The notes under the pieces were generated by a model. It saw only the letters and a program-made list of their open reading frames with translations, was not told the origin of the DNA and ran no database searches. Positions 23,945-36,820 of a stretch of 64,000 bases of DNA are shown one piece after another. Every line of letters begins with the position of its first letter. Position 1 is the stretch's first letter. Position numbers and translations under genes: made by a program. The stretch comes from Entomortierella parvispora E1425 (taxonomy: Eukaryota; Fungi; Mortierellomycota): positions 744,001-808,000 of the forward strand of contig BQFW01000007.1 in NCBI GenBank assembly GCA_020891255.1, given 5' to 3'.

Positions 23945-25591
23945 TTACACGAATAATCCTTGCGTGCCATGGCTGCCATGGCTCATCCTTGATGCAATCT
24001 CGGCATCCAAGGCCTGGTGTGCAGCCAAAGCCTCCGCCTTCCTCTTCATCTTGGCCGTGATATCGGCCACCAATGCCTGGTGCTCTTCTGGGCCGATAGG
24101 TGTGTGTCCGAACTGGCATTCGTCTCCTCGACTACACTGTCCCTGAAGATGATAGAACGAGCACGGTTCGCTCTTGAGATTGTGACTCTGTCGACAATAA
24201 TCGCCCCGCGTACAGCATCCTGTCTTGTGGAATCTGCACACTCCTCGACTCCTGCGAACTTCCTCAGACTCAATCTTTGGTAGTTGTACTTGTGGCTCCG
24301 CAATCTGAATAGCACTGGGGTCATGTCTAAAAGTACACTCCTTGTCCTATAAAAATAAAAGAAAAGAAAAGTTTAACCACGTTAGATCAGAAGCATCTCG
24401 TAAGGCGTATCGAGAGTAAAAAAGAAAAAAAAAATCCTCGCAACATACCTTGAAGCATCGTCCTTTGATATAATACATGCAATCCCTTCTAGGGACAAAT
24501 GGCTGCTTCTCCTTTGAATTTGGACCTTTTGTCCCACTTTGCGTACTGCCGTCTAATGGTTTTGTTGCACTTTGAGATGAGGTTGCTGGTGTTCCAGAGA
24601 ATGGAGCCGGATTCGACGCCGCCTCAACTTCAAGCATCATCTGAGCAGTCAAAGCTTCCAGTTCCCGCTGTTGCTTCTTGATCTGCTCCGCGGCTTTCCG
24701 TGTCTCTTCTTCAATATCACGTTGCAACATCTTGTTGGTATGTTCATAGTGCTGGTTCAAAAGTGTGTCAAAGTCGTCCTCGGGCGCCGCAGAAAGACCG
24801 ACAAGCTCGGGCTGAGAATCCAGGCTCCTGGCAAGTTTTATCACTCTCTTCGTATTCGCGCGCCTCTTTGCAGCCGTAGTGCCTGTGTTGGGACTCTTTG
24901 GCTTCTTTGCTGCCGTAGTTGTTGGTGCCGTCGCTGTTGACCCAGAGTGGATCATTTTTTGCTTTTTTGGGGCAGAGGTTCCTTCGCTCATCTCGACTCC
25001 AACTGCTGCAATGTCTTTCGCTACTGATCCTTCCGCGGTCTGGTTATTATTATTGTTGCTGTTGTTGTTGTGTTTGCCCTTCCTGCGTCTTTTCTTCTTG
25101 TTGTGGTCGTCAGGTTCCTTCCCAGGCGCCTTGGGACCCGTCGAGTGAACAATTGCTGCTGATTCTGAAGAAAAGTCGGGGGTTGCCACAGGTGTCAGCG
25201 GAGCGAAAATGGCTGCAGCTGCAGCTTGAAGATCATCGGGGACAGGTTTGCTGTATTGTCGGGGAGCTTGTTTTTTGAAAGTGGTTGCTGGAGTTGCAGC
25301 TGTCATAGTAGCGGCAGCGGTGGTGACAGAATTATTGGCAGGAGTATCAGCCTTTACAGCAGACACCTTTTGGAGTTCAAGTGCTGGAGGGGCCGCTGTT
25401 GCTGTCGTTGTCGTGGTTGTTGTATTGATTGCTGATGCAGGCGGCAGGGATGCACTCGAGGGGTGAGACGCTGCGCCTGCAGGCTGTCTGACACGCTTGA
25501 ACTTGGTAGGTCCAGTTCCTTGGGGTATGGTAATGTCGAGGGTCGGGAGGACTGAGGCCTTGAGGGCTTCGAGCGAGAGCTTGGCTTCCAT
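23945..25591 (-). CDS. Triple CCCH zinc-finger protein with low-complexity N-terminus
   Basis: Intron 24347-24448 completes finger 1 (CMYYIKGRCFKDKECTFRH). Fingers 2 and 3 are CRFHKTGCCTRGDYCRQSH and CSFYHLQGQCSRGDECQFGH. NLS-like KKKRRRK. Confidence 0.82.
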
Positions 25592-25856
25592 GGCAAGGCG
25601 GCGAGTGGATGACAATGAAGGCAAGAGCAACAAGAGACAAAAAGGCAGACATGCATGCATGCTTTTGCTCGGTATTGTCAACAACACAAAGAAAAAAAAG
25701 AAAAAAAAAGAAGGCAGTCACATTTTTTTTTTGGGCTTAGAATTTATTGCAATCTGCGGAAACCTCAACCCCTTTCCCCTTCCATCCACCTTCCTCCTTC
25801 AATCATATTATCACCTCAGGTTCTCCTTGCACACGCGACACCAGCATCAGGTAGTT

Positions 25857-26783
25857 TCATGGAGCCCTTCGCTTGCTGCTTTCCGAGTCTTTTTTACTCG
25901 CCATCAATGTGGTATACACGTGGCCTCGGCATCCAGTCGCAGATCTGGTCCCTACTACGTGGCTAACCTCTTGCCAATCAACGGACTTCAGGTCCAGGCT
26001 TTCTATATCGATCGTTGCCCATGCCTCTTTCCATCTTCCTTTTCCGTTTCCATCGGCCTTAACATACTTTAGGTCGGGCACTTGGAGTCGGAGAGCCTTC
26101 ATAAGCAAGTTATCCTCCTTTGCGTTCCAGTGTCCTCTGCCAGGTGTGGCCATCGGGTTCACGGTATCCCACCGTCTCTGACAAGCCGTCGATGTCCTTC
26201 CGAGTCGTTTCCCATTCACCCATGTCGCTGACACCTTGCTCCAGTCAATGATATCGTCTGGCTTTCGTCCTTGGGATTCTGATGGCGAAGACTGTTGGTT
26301 TTGTTGCTGCTGGACCAATTGGATCAACATATCATCTTCGTCCTTTGTCCACGGCTGAACCCTCATCCACTTGCGCAAATACTTTGAATCGACTCCTGCC
26401 TGCCGATCCTTGGCCTCGATAGCTTTCCGCAGCATGTGCATTTGCTGTTCAATTGCATTCACAGATCGGAGCGGAAACTCCATATGAACGTCCCGCGACG
26501 TTAACCCCTCCCGGACCTTGGATTCCAGAATAGCGATATCACTCTTGAGCCAAGGAATCGGAGATTCCTTGTGGGTTCTGCTGTCGTTGGTAGTGGCGAT
26601 GTTATCTTTAGGGTGGTCGGTACTGGTACCGATGGTCGTGGTCGAGAACGGCTTGAAGATTCCTGACACAAAACGAGGAGTCCATCGCGTGTTTTCCAAA
26701 AATGGCGCCGCTGATGGAGTAAGGCGGATGAGGCGGCAATGGGAGAGGATCCCGCGAGACACCCTGTTGGTTATGGTTGACAT
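25857..26783 (-). CDS. Myb/SANT-repeat protein A (3 repeats) with mitochondrial-presequence-like N-terminus
   Basis: Repeats PWLKSDIAIL, PWTKDEDDML..DWSKVS..GRTSTACQRRW and HWNAKEDNLL..DWQEVSHVVGTRSATGCR. N-terminus is R/S/T/L-rich and nearly acid-free. Confidence 0.8.
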   Translation of the reverse strand: MSTITNRVSRGILSHCRLIRLTPSAAPFLENTRWTPRFVSGIFKPFSTTTIGTSTDHPKDNIATTNDSRTHKESPIPWLKSDIAILESKVREGLTSRDVHMEFPLRSVNAIEQQMHMLRKAIEAKDRQAGVDSKYLRKWMRVQPWTKDEDDMLIQLVQQQQNQQSSPSESQGRKPDDIIDWSKVSATWVNGKRLGRTSTACQRRWDTVNPMATPGRGHWNAKEDNLLMKALRLQVPDLKYVKADGNGKGRWKEAWATIDIESLDLKSVDWQEVSHVVGTRSATGCRGHVYTTLMASKKDSESSKRRAP

Positions 26784-26985
26784 GAGGTCCTGATCTTCTA
26801 ATCTTGAATGTGCATGGAATTAAAACATCAGATCAATTGTCCAGATTACAATGATCAAGGCTACCCATGTAGCTCACGTGACTTCGAATGGGTTGGCCCA
26901 GTCACACAAGTCACTGCAGGCTGCAGTACAGACAACATTCTCGCTGCTGTATATGCCAACGTGAAGAAAAAAACACCAATATTCG

Positions 26986-28041
26986 TTATTTCGTTGATAT
27001 TGGCTTCTTTTGAAACTTCCCCTCCAACGCGTAGATTTTTTTCTTGACTTGGAATGCAGAACGCGTGCCAATAATATCTGCCAACTTATTCCAGTCCCGT
27101 CCGTCTTGTTCCATGCCCTTCTGAAGCATGTTCTCCTCTTCCAGCGTCCAACGGCCTTTTTTGCGCGTTAACAAATTGTTGTAGACATGACTCCGGCACT
27201 GATTGTCGGATCGGGATCCTACCACGCGACTGACTTCGTTCCAATCAACCGATCTCAGGTCTGGGCCACCATCCTCCTTTGTTGTCCCTGTTTCTTTTCG
27301 TCGCTTCTTTCCTTCTCTAACGGATTTCAAATCCTTCAGGGCAGGTACTTGGAGTCTCAGAGCCATCATCACCATTTTCTCTTCCTCTGCGCTCCAATAG
27401 CCTCCAGCTCGTATGTTCATCGGGTTCACGATATCCCACCGCCTCTTGCAGGTAATTGGGGTCCTCCCGAGCCTTCTACCATCCATCAAAGTTTCTGCCA
27501 CCAAGGTCCAGTCGATCCTATTGTCCAGTTCTCCTGGTTGCTGTTTTAATTGTAGAGATTGTTGCTCTTGTTGATGTTTAACCAATTGAATCAATATGTC
27601 GTCTTCAGCTTCTGTCCATCGCTTGACTCGGTGCCACCTCTGCAATTTTATGGAATCGACTCCTTCCTGCTGGTTCTGGGCCGCTATTTTTTTCCGAAGC
27701 CGGTGCATACGAGCCGACAATCCTTCCATGGTTCTGTGCGGAAAGTCCATATGGACGTCTGATGGGGTGAGCCCCTCCCGGATCTTGGATTCTAGTATTT
27801 CATTTTCTTTTTGGGACCAAGGAGATGGGCACGTCCTTCTGGTACTATTGCTGCGGCCGGTGGTGACGGTTTCATTTGTATGGTGGACAGCTGCGGCCGT
27901 GGTGAGCGACCTCAAGAGTCCAGAGACAAAACGAGGAGTCCATCGCGTGCTATCCAACAATGAGGTTGTCGCTGCAGTAATATGAATACGGTGGCATTGC
28001 GAGAGGATCCCAAGTGCTGTCCTGTTGGCCATGGTTGACAT
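26986..28041 (-). CDS. Myb/SANT-repeat protein B (4 repeats) with mitochondrial-presequence-like N-terminus; tandem paralog of A
   Basis: Repeats PWSQKENEIL, RWTEAEDDIL, YWSAEEEKMV and GRWTLEEENML..DWNKLADIIGTRSAFQVKKK. Start is homologous to copy A (MSTMANR vs MSTITNR; both contain TRWTPRFVSG). Confidence 0.82.
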   Translation of the reverse strand: MSTMANRTALGILSQCHRIHITAATTSLLDSTRWTPRFVSGLLRSLTTAAAVHHTNETVTTGRSNSTRRTCPSPWSQKENEILESKIREGLTPSDVHMDFPHRTMEGLSARMHRLRKKIAAQNQQEGVDSIKLQRWHRVKRWTEAEDDILIQLVKHQQEQQSLQLKQQPGELDNRIDWTLVAETLMDGRRLGRTPITCKRRWDIVNPMNIRAGGYWSAEEEKMVMMALRLQVPALKDLKSVREGKKRRKETGTTKEDGGPDLRSVDWNEVSRVVGSRSDNQCRSHVYNNLLTRKKGRWTLEEENMLQKGMEQDGRDWNKLADIIGTRSAFQVKKKIYALEGKFQKKPISTK

Positions 28042-28186
28042 GTGCTGATTTCCTGCCCTTGAATGATCTTCGTGAAGTGGAACAACTATGGTTCTCATGC
28101 GCAGGAAAGCTTTGTCCTTCGCGGTCACGTGCATGGATCCATGGTTTTCTAGGGTACTTTTTATTGCGGATATTTCTTGGACATTT

Positions 28187-29191
28187 CTAAAGTGCATACT
28201 CAATAGGGGTCTTGGGATCCAAGAACGCCAGCCAGTCGGAATGCGATGTGGGCAACAGGCCCATAGCATTCAACTTCCACATGCCCAACAGAATAGTCAA
28301 GATCTGCATCGCCACATATGTCAACTTTGGCAAGGCCAGTTTGCTGTCCATGAACGCGACCTTGACGGGGGACACCGTCTCGTATCTCTCAAAGACTAAA
28401 ACACGCGAGATAATATCAGTAAACAAACGCCCAAGAATTCATATCATTTCTATGATGAACATCAAAAAGACTGGTCTTACCCTGAGACATATTCATCAGC
28501 GCACGAATAGGCGAGAACATGAGCATGGCTGTGATGGCGACTGAGAAGATCTGGACGGTGTTTCCACTCATCCACAACATGAATCCCTGCATAGGCAACT
28601 GTTTTCCAGGTGCAAGAGCAACATCCCATGCTTTCTAAAACGGGGAAAAGAAACCGCAATGATTTTTTCGTCAGTTCTCCATGGTTTGCATCCAAAAAAA
28701 AACAAGATCCCGATCAGTGATGCGTTGTTGGTATTCTCTTTTTTCGAGTGCTCATTATAATCCAGTTCTGTACCTTGACTTTCAACAACTCGTTATCCAC
28801 TTTTGGCTTGGCTCCTTTCTATATACATTTTGGTTGAGGAACAACGCGTTAGTGGACAAAAAATGGACCCTTCATCTTTTCTCGATCGGAGCTTTTCAGT
28901 AGTGATGGTACATACGTGTCCCTTGGAGGCAATATCCTTGGGTCCGACATATCCTGGTGGGTCTACGACGGGGCGCCTGTTTGTTCAATTAGAAGTAAAG
29001 ACGGTAAGTTCAACGGAACAGGGCATGCAGAGCCGCCTTTTGCTTTCTCTCATCTGGCAAGATGAAAACCATCGTGTCCAGGTCGTCTTTCTTTCGTTCA
29101 TTGTGTTCCCTGAAGCAGCGCTTGGTTCGTACTTTGATGAGTCTGGGGTGGTAAAGTCGAACTTCCAGGGGCGGGTAGTTGCAGCGGACAT
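28187..29191 (-). CDS. EMC4: ER membrane protein complex subunit 4
   Basis: Spliced product [66 protein letters not shown]-type segment ([20 protein letters not shown]). Confidence 0.9.
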
Positions 29192-29491
29192 GGTTGCTGT
29201 CGTGTAATGTGCGTTGTTGATGGGAGGTGGGTTCCTGAGAAAGAGTCTGCCCCGCCAGTCTCGAAACGTAGCATCCAGATGATGGCACGTTCATTCATTC
29301 ATTCATCCACTTTGCACGTGACCCATCTGACCTTTGGTGACTGCCTCCCTCCCTCCAATTCAAAGCAATTTCGCCTTGCTTCGTTCCCTCCCGAGGCCCA
29401 CCAGCACTGATCGTCTCTCCTCATTCGCTCCTCCTTGCTCGCTGCATCCCTCTTTCCTTCCTTCCTTTCTTCTCTCAACCACGAACCAGAC

Positions 29492-30748
<1,257 letters not shown>

Positions 30749-31024
30749 AGGAAGAGGGAAAATAGGCATGCTAGAAAAAAATATACTCATAATCTGTTCA
30801 TTTTCAAGACATGTCAATGCTGGGACCATGGTAGCTTCAGGCAGGTTTAAAGATATACACAGAGGGAACTTTTTTGGGGGGGTTTTATAGCACATGAGAT
30901 CTATTCTCTACGTTATGACCGATGCCATAGACTTTTTTGGTCGAGGAGAGCAGGGTAAAGGGGGGATATACTATCTTCTTGACGAAGAAATATGTTTCTT
31001 TGGGGGAGGGGAGGGGGTTCTTTC

Positions 31025-34000
31025 TTATGATGAGTACGTGTCCAGCAGCGACATCATCTCCTCAGGGATCAACGGCACAAAGACTCGCTCAAGGCCATGT
31101 TCCCGCTCCGCCATGTTCTCAGGGATCGCAAACGGCAACCAAGCCTTGCTGTTTCGGGTCTCTGACAACAAATTGGCTTCCTCTTCTTGTTCCCTCTGCC
31201 TTCTCTTGGCCCTCGCCTTCTCGGCCTCGGTCAACAAGGCTGGGGAAACAGAGCTCATGGTCGCCTCTGTGCTGATCGATGTCCTTGCCGTCGCCACATC
31301 CGAAAGATCTCCAGATGGCTGTTGTGAAGAAAAGGCTGTAGAACCAGTGGCGGTGCTGTGTAATGAGGAGGTCGTGGACTGAATCGACATCATTGTCAAC
31401 GGTCTCTCCCGTTTCCGATCCATCATCTGTCGCCGGACCATTCTCTCCGTATCCGCCGCAATCTGGAGCACATACTGTGTAATCTCCTCGCCCAGTCGAG
31501 GCTCATTCACCTCAAACCGGTACGCGCTCACCACCCGCTTGACCTGCGTAGGGTTCAACAACTCCAGCTTCTTGAGTGTCTCGATCCAGGTGGGGAAGTC
31601 CTCTTGCAATGACAACACCTGAAGCAACTGCAACAGCTGAACCAAGGGAGCGAACTGATCTGTCAATTTCGTGGGCAGGTTGTTCAGTCGGATCCAGTCC
31701 TCCAGAATCGACAGGTTCAATCGGGTCTGCAGAGCCTTTGATCGGGACAACATCTTCTTGTTGAGCATCATCCGGTTAAAGACCTCGCATGAGACATAGT
31801 GCAACAATTGTGCGATCACATAGTGCACAATGTCGGGGTGGATATCGTAGGTCTGCATCACAAACAACAGCGACGACAACATGGTCGTGATTGTCCTGGG
31901 CGAGATCCGGCGCTGGCGTGGGGATGGTGGACGGTTCGCAGCCAAGGGTACAGTCTGCTGAGAGGAAGTCCTGGTCAAGGGTCGAGGGGAAGGCGAAGGA
32001 TTTGAGCCGCCATTGAAGGTCGCTGTTGATCCAAGGTTGGGGGACAATGGTGAGCTGGATCTCTTGGTATTGTTTCCACCGGTGGCACTGCTCACGGTGC
32101 TGTTCTTGGACGAAGCTTTGCTCATGCTGCCTCTCCAGAGGAAAGCCCAATCTGACTGAAACTTGACCTCGTCCAACCCTTGGATCGTGTCGTGGTCCAA
32201 CATGGCGGGCTCCAGAATCTTTTCAATTCGACGTTCTGCATCCATGACCAGCATCTGCAGCATGTCCTGAATCAAGGCCTCGATCTTGACCTGGTGGAAT
32301 CCAGACGCCAATCCCAGTCCTGGGTCCTTGCGCAAAAAGTGAAGCAAGACACTGGTATTGGAGATCCAGTAGGCTGTCAAGGTCATATCCTCGGGCTTGT
32401 TCTACAATGATTCCAAAATGCATGCAAATGAAAATGTCAGATGACTGCTTCCTGTTGTTCCCATAATAGCAGGGGCTTCGATGCAGGACAGATGTGACAC
32501 GATGACAAAAAACGAACATACATGAGTGACATTGGTAATGGCAGCTGTGGTTGCCTCCAGCAACTCGTCCAAGAGTTCAGGTGAACTGAAATAATGAGCG
32601 AATCTGGCAGCCAAAAAGAGGACGTAGGCTGGGATGGGTCGATGTTGCCGTGACCGAGTAGGCTCCATGTTGGTAATAGTTGTCTCGATAATGTGGCCAA
32701 TGTCCTTGCTCGAGAAAACAAACATCTGATCCGGCAAACACCGCTCCCAGTCGAACTCGCCTTCGTCATCCAGTTGTGGCTATGTCATGACGAAAATGTA
32801 TGCAAACAAAAAATAGAACAAAAAAAAAAAAGGTCAAGGACGTAATGGAAAAGAATTAGTAAAGGGTGTGTCAGAGAAGTACAAAGAGCCGCATGGTCAG
32901 CCCCCATGTCTGTCTTTCCCCTTTTTTCCTGCTCAGCAAAAATAGGAAAAAAGGCCAAAAGAGCTGCATTATCCAGTGCATATGAAAACTTCCCCCGGAC
33001 TTCCATCACCCCTCCTCTCTCAACAAACAGATGAGCAAAGGGACAGACGCGCGCCTAAAACCTGCCAATGTTGCACAGTGTCATTCGCCCAATTTTTTTT
33101 TTCTTGTTTCCATCCCGACCGATAAAAGAAAAAAAAACAACAATGCACGTCCCTTCCGTTCGAATCCATCGATGGAAAGGAGAGAGAATATCACGCACCT
33201 GATCTGCCAAGGAAAGATCCGCCATGTCGACATCAAAGGCATTGGCACTGTCCATGGCCATCCGATAACGGCGCTCATTCTCGGCCATCATCTCCTCAAA
33301 GCCCTCGATGCCTGCTTGGTAAAAGAGGTCGTCGCCCAGAGAAGAATTGTTGGTTCGAACCAGAGATCCATTGCTCGAGATACTATCCCTGCGACCTGGT
33401 TCCTGGAAGATTTGCACAATCTTTGTATTGTCGTTGGGATCATGACGAAGGAAATCAACGATCGTATGACCCTTGGCGGTCTGAGCTGAAGTTGAAGCCC
33501 CATGCTCGAGCAGCAGACGGACCATGTTGTCATGCTTGTTGTTGGTCGCCCAAACCAGTGCTGTCCAGCCGACTAGTAAAAATAAATAAAAATGAAATAG
33601 GGTCAACTTGCAGCTCCCAAAGGGCTCATTCGATTAAAGAGCTGCTGCCATGGGGTGCGTGTGTGGAGGGCGAAGAGTAGTTGGAAGGAGGGCTGCTTAC
33701 ACTTGTCGCGAGCATCGACCGCTGCACCTGCTTCCAAGAGCATGAATGCAATCTCAACGTGGCCAAAGCAGGCGGCGTAGATTAATGGGCTAGTGCCGTC
33801 CTCGTCCTGTGCCTCAATGTCAATCCAATCCCGGAAGTTATCCAGCATGTCTGCTATCCGGTTCATATCGCCATTGGAGGCAGCCCTGGAAAACATCTTT
33901 GACAACTTGATCTTTTTATCCTTGTCGGAAATGGACCGTTCCATGATCCCCCGTGGGTCTTCCAACTGTTCACGATCAAACTCGAGCTGCAAGGGCGAAC

Positions 34001-34739
34001 TGGCGGCAGTGGTGGTGATTTGGATGGCCTGACCGTTGGTCAGCATTTCAAACTCGCGGTCGAGTCGCTCGAGCGCATCAGGGCCTGCGCCTCCCATAGA
34101 CGCAGACAAAGGCCGCGCAGTCGTCGGTGAGGTCAATGCCGTAGTCTTCAGGGTCAACCCAGCGATCTTGTCCCGCTCCTCCTCGGCAGCAAGTTCATCC
34201 TCATCCAACTCGTCACCTGGTCGACGGCTGAAGCGGAGTGTACTGGCCAAGTCTTCCTGGTCATACGGGTTCGAGCCCCAAGGGTCCAGCTGCTCGTCAC
34301 GATTAATAGGCAAGTATGCAGAGTTATTGTTATGGTCGCTACTGTGGTTGTCGGTCAAGACTGAGAGGTCAGGCTTGTCAGCGGGGCTCTCTGCCATGGT
34401 GGTGACGGTGGTGGAAGTGGTTGTCGTCGCTGGCGACGCCTTTTCCTGCTCCGTGGCCTCTGTGACTACAGAGCAAAGTGAGTCCGATCCGGAATGACTG
34501 CGTCGATGGTGCTCAGAGAGACGCCCGCCATGGTCCTCGTCGTCATCGAAGGCGGTAGTGGCCACAGAGTCAGCAGAGACATGGGAGAGGTGCTTGTGCG
34601 CTTTTGCTAATGCTGGGAGGTGGTCCTCTGCGTCGGAGGAGACGGCTGTTTCTGCGTCTTTGGTGGGGTCCTCGTTCAGAGCATGCATGGTGGCAGGGAG
34701 AGCGAGAATGTGCGGTTCATGCACTGAGACAGGGTCCAT
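31025..34739 (-). CDS. Ankyrin-repeat plus dilute (DIL) domain protein
   Basis: Ankyrin repeats GTSPLIYAACFGH and GWTALVWATNN. DIL-like region QLLHYVSCEVFNRMMLNKK..SRSKALQTRLNLSILEDW..PLVQLLQLLQ. Multi-exon. Confidence 0.87.
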
Positions 34740-36449
34740 GAACAGCAGTTGGGGTGCTGGTGGAGGAAGGGTTGGGATGGGATGGAAGGGGGAGCAGGGA
34801 GCGGGGGCGAGGGTGGATTACGAATGCGAAGGAAAGAAAGAATGAGTGGCGGGTGAGATGTGAATGAATGAAAGGAGCAATGCGTTCAGATGGTACAAGG
34901 TGAGAGAATAACAAAAAAGAAGGATGATGGACAGCAGAGCGAAGGAGAGAAGGAAAGAGAAGGGAGAGAAGAGAGAGAAGAGAGAACAGAGAAGAGAAAA
35001 AAGAGAGCAAAAAAAAAAAAAAAGCGGTTCCCCATCACCCTTTCCTTTGCACATTCGTTCACTCATTCGACTGGCTGGACGAGGGCTCACTTTCAGTGCG
35101 TGGGATGAGATATGGATATGGCCATGGCATGGTGTTGTTGTTGTTTGTTCACTCGCATCCACTTGTTCACTTCGACTCACGGTGCTCTTCTGCAATAAAT
35201 GAGCGCGATATGCAATAATATCTGTTCATCTGCTAGTGGTGTCTCCCTCTTTCTATCTACACCTCGCCTTCACTCCTCTTCTTTCGTTCTCTCCTGCCTT
35301 CCTATCTGTCCGAGTGGCAAGTAGGGAGCGAGGAAAGGGGATTGATCGCGATGCAGCCCGTGGCTGGTGTTCAGGCAGGGGGACCAAGGCCATGACTCGG
35401 TCTTGCCAGCCCACAAGACAATCCCAGGCAGGGGTAGGCTTGGGAGTAACTCCAGGGCTGTGGCTGTGGGTCGACTGGAATCTCCTCCCGACTGACTGAC
35501 CGGAGGACGAAGACTTTGTTCTCCCCCTTTGTCGCAGTTTTTTTTATTCCTCTCTCTCTGCTTGCCTGCTCCGCCTCTTTGAAGAAAGTAGCCACAATAA
35601 TAAAAAAAAAAACTTGCGCTTGGATCCTTGGCAACGGACCTTTTTTGTGTCTACTTTATTTGCGCATAGGTGCATGAACAGTCCCTGGTTTGTATCCTTC
35701 AAAACGCGTTCTGTGTCATGTCTGCACACTGCACCGCACGGTTTCCTAGCCGACCACATTAGAGCAATTGTTCAAATTGAACAATTGGGCGGCGAGCCAC
35801 AAAGAATGGAGGCCCAAAGACGGGGACAGATAGGAGGAATATCAATAATAATCGATTCAATTCCATCGTGTCCGTTGGGGAGGTCAGCATGGCGAGCCTC
35901 CGTGAGATGGAGCCAGAGTCGGAGGCAATGCGGAAGGACGAAAAACAGATGGAATCAGTGGGCGCAAATAACCGGTAGAGGAGCAGGGGGGTGGCCGTCT
36001 CGGGTAGGTACTACTTTGCAGTTACCAGGCACATGTGCTGTTGCCCCTTCTTGTACTTTTATTTCGATGACCAAGGACAATAGTTCGAGGTAGTAACGAG
36101 AGGAGGAGGACGAGGAGGACGGGAGGAAGACGGGAGGATGAGCAAAAACAAGTGCTGAAGAGGAGAAGACGAGGACGAGAACGAGAACGAGAATGAGAAC
36201 GGGGGGCAGAAAGGATAAGCACTACTAGCAAACGAATCGAGCCGTGAAGAAACGAACGAACATGTCCAAATTGGTAAGACGAACGAAGTAACGGCCGATC
36301 CGATCGATCCCCCGCTTCCTTTCTCTGACAGGTCCCAGACCGACCGAGGCACTCTCAGAGTGGGATCATGTCGCATCCACAGGCAGGTCGGGTGAGTGAA
36401 AGAGGGTGAAGGAGTGAGAGAGAAAGAGGGAGCACTCGCACTGTTGCTC

Positions 36450-36541
36450 TGCACACTTGCACACTTGCACACTTGCACACTTCAACTCTTCACACCTTGC
36501 ACACTTGCACACTTCAACTTTTCACACCATGCACTGCACAC
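36450..36541 (+). repeat. (CACTTGCA)n array including a 32-bp direct duplication
   Basis: 8-bp units; 36465-36496 and 36497-36528 differ at one base. Confidence 0.85.
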
Positions 36542-36820
36542 CTCTTTCCGCCCACAAAATAATTCCACGTGACTCGGACCTGAAAGTACATGTACATGCA
36601 GTTTTGTCCCCTCTCACGCTGTGCAAATTCTTGCCCGCCAAAAAAGGACGGCAGACACTTTACGGTCCATCGAATGTGATTCCCCATTCCCATTGTTCAA
36701 TTCACTTTTTTTGGCCTCCCATCTTGTTGCTCTCTGCCTGCCCCTCCTCTCGCTCTCCTTCTCTTACTCTCTTCTCTCCTGTTGCCTTTTCTCTTCTGAC
36801 CTGTCTGCATCACCCAGCTC

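Noticed and set aside
28042-28269. Upstream in-frame extension of Myb B overlapping the last EMC4 exon
   Set aside because: The homologous start of copy A places the ATG at 28041; the open frame is probably incidental.
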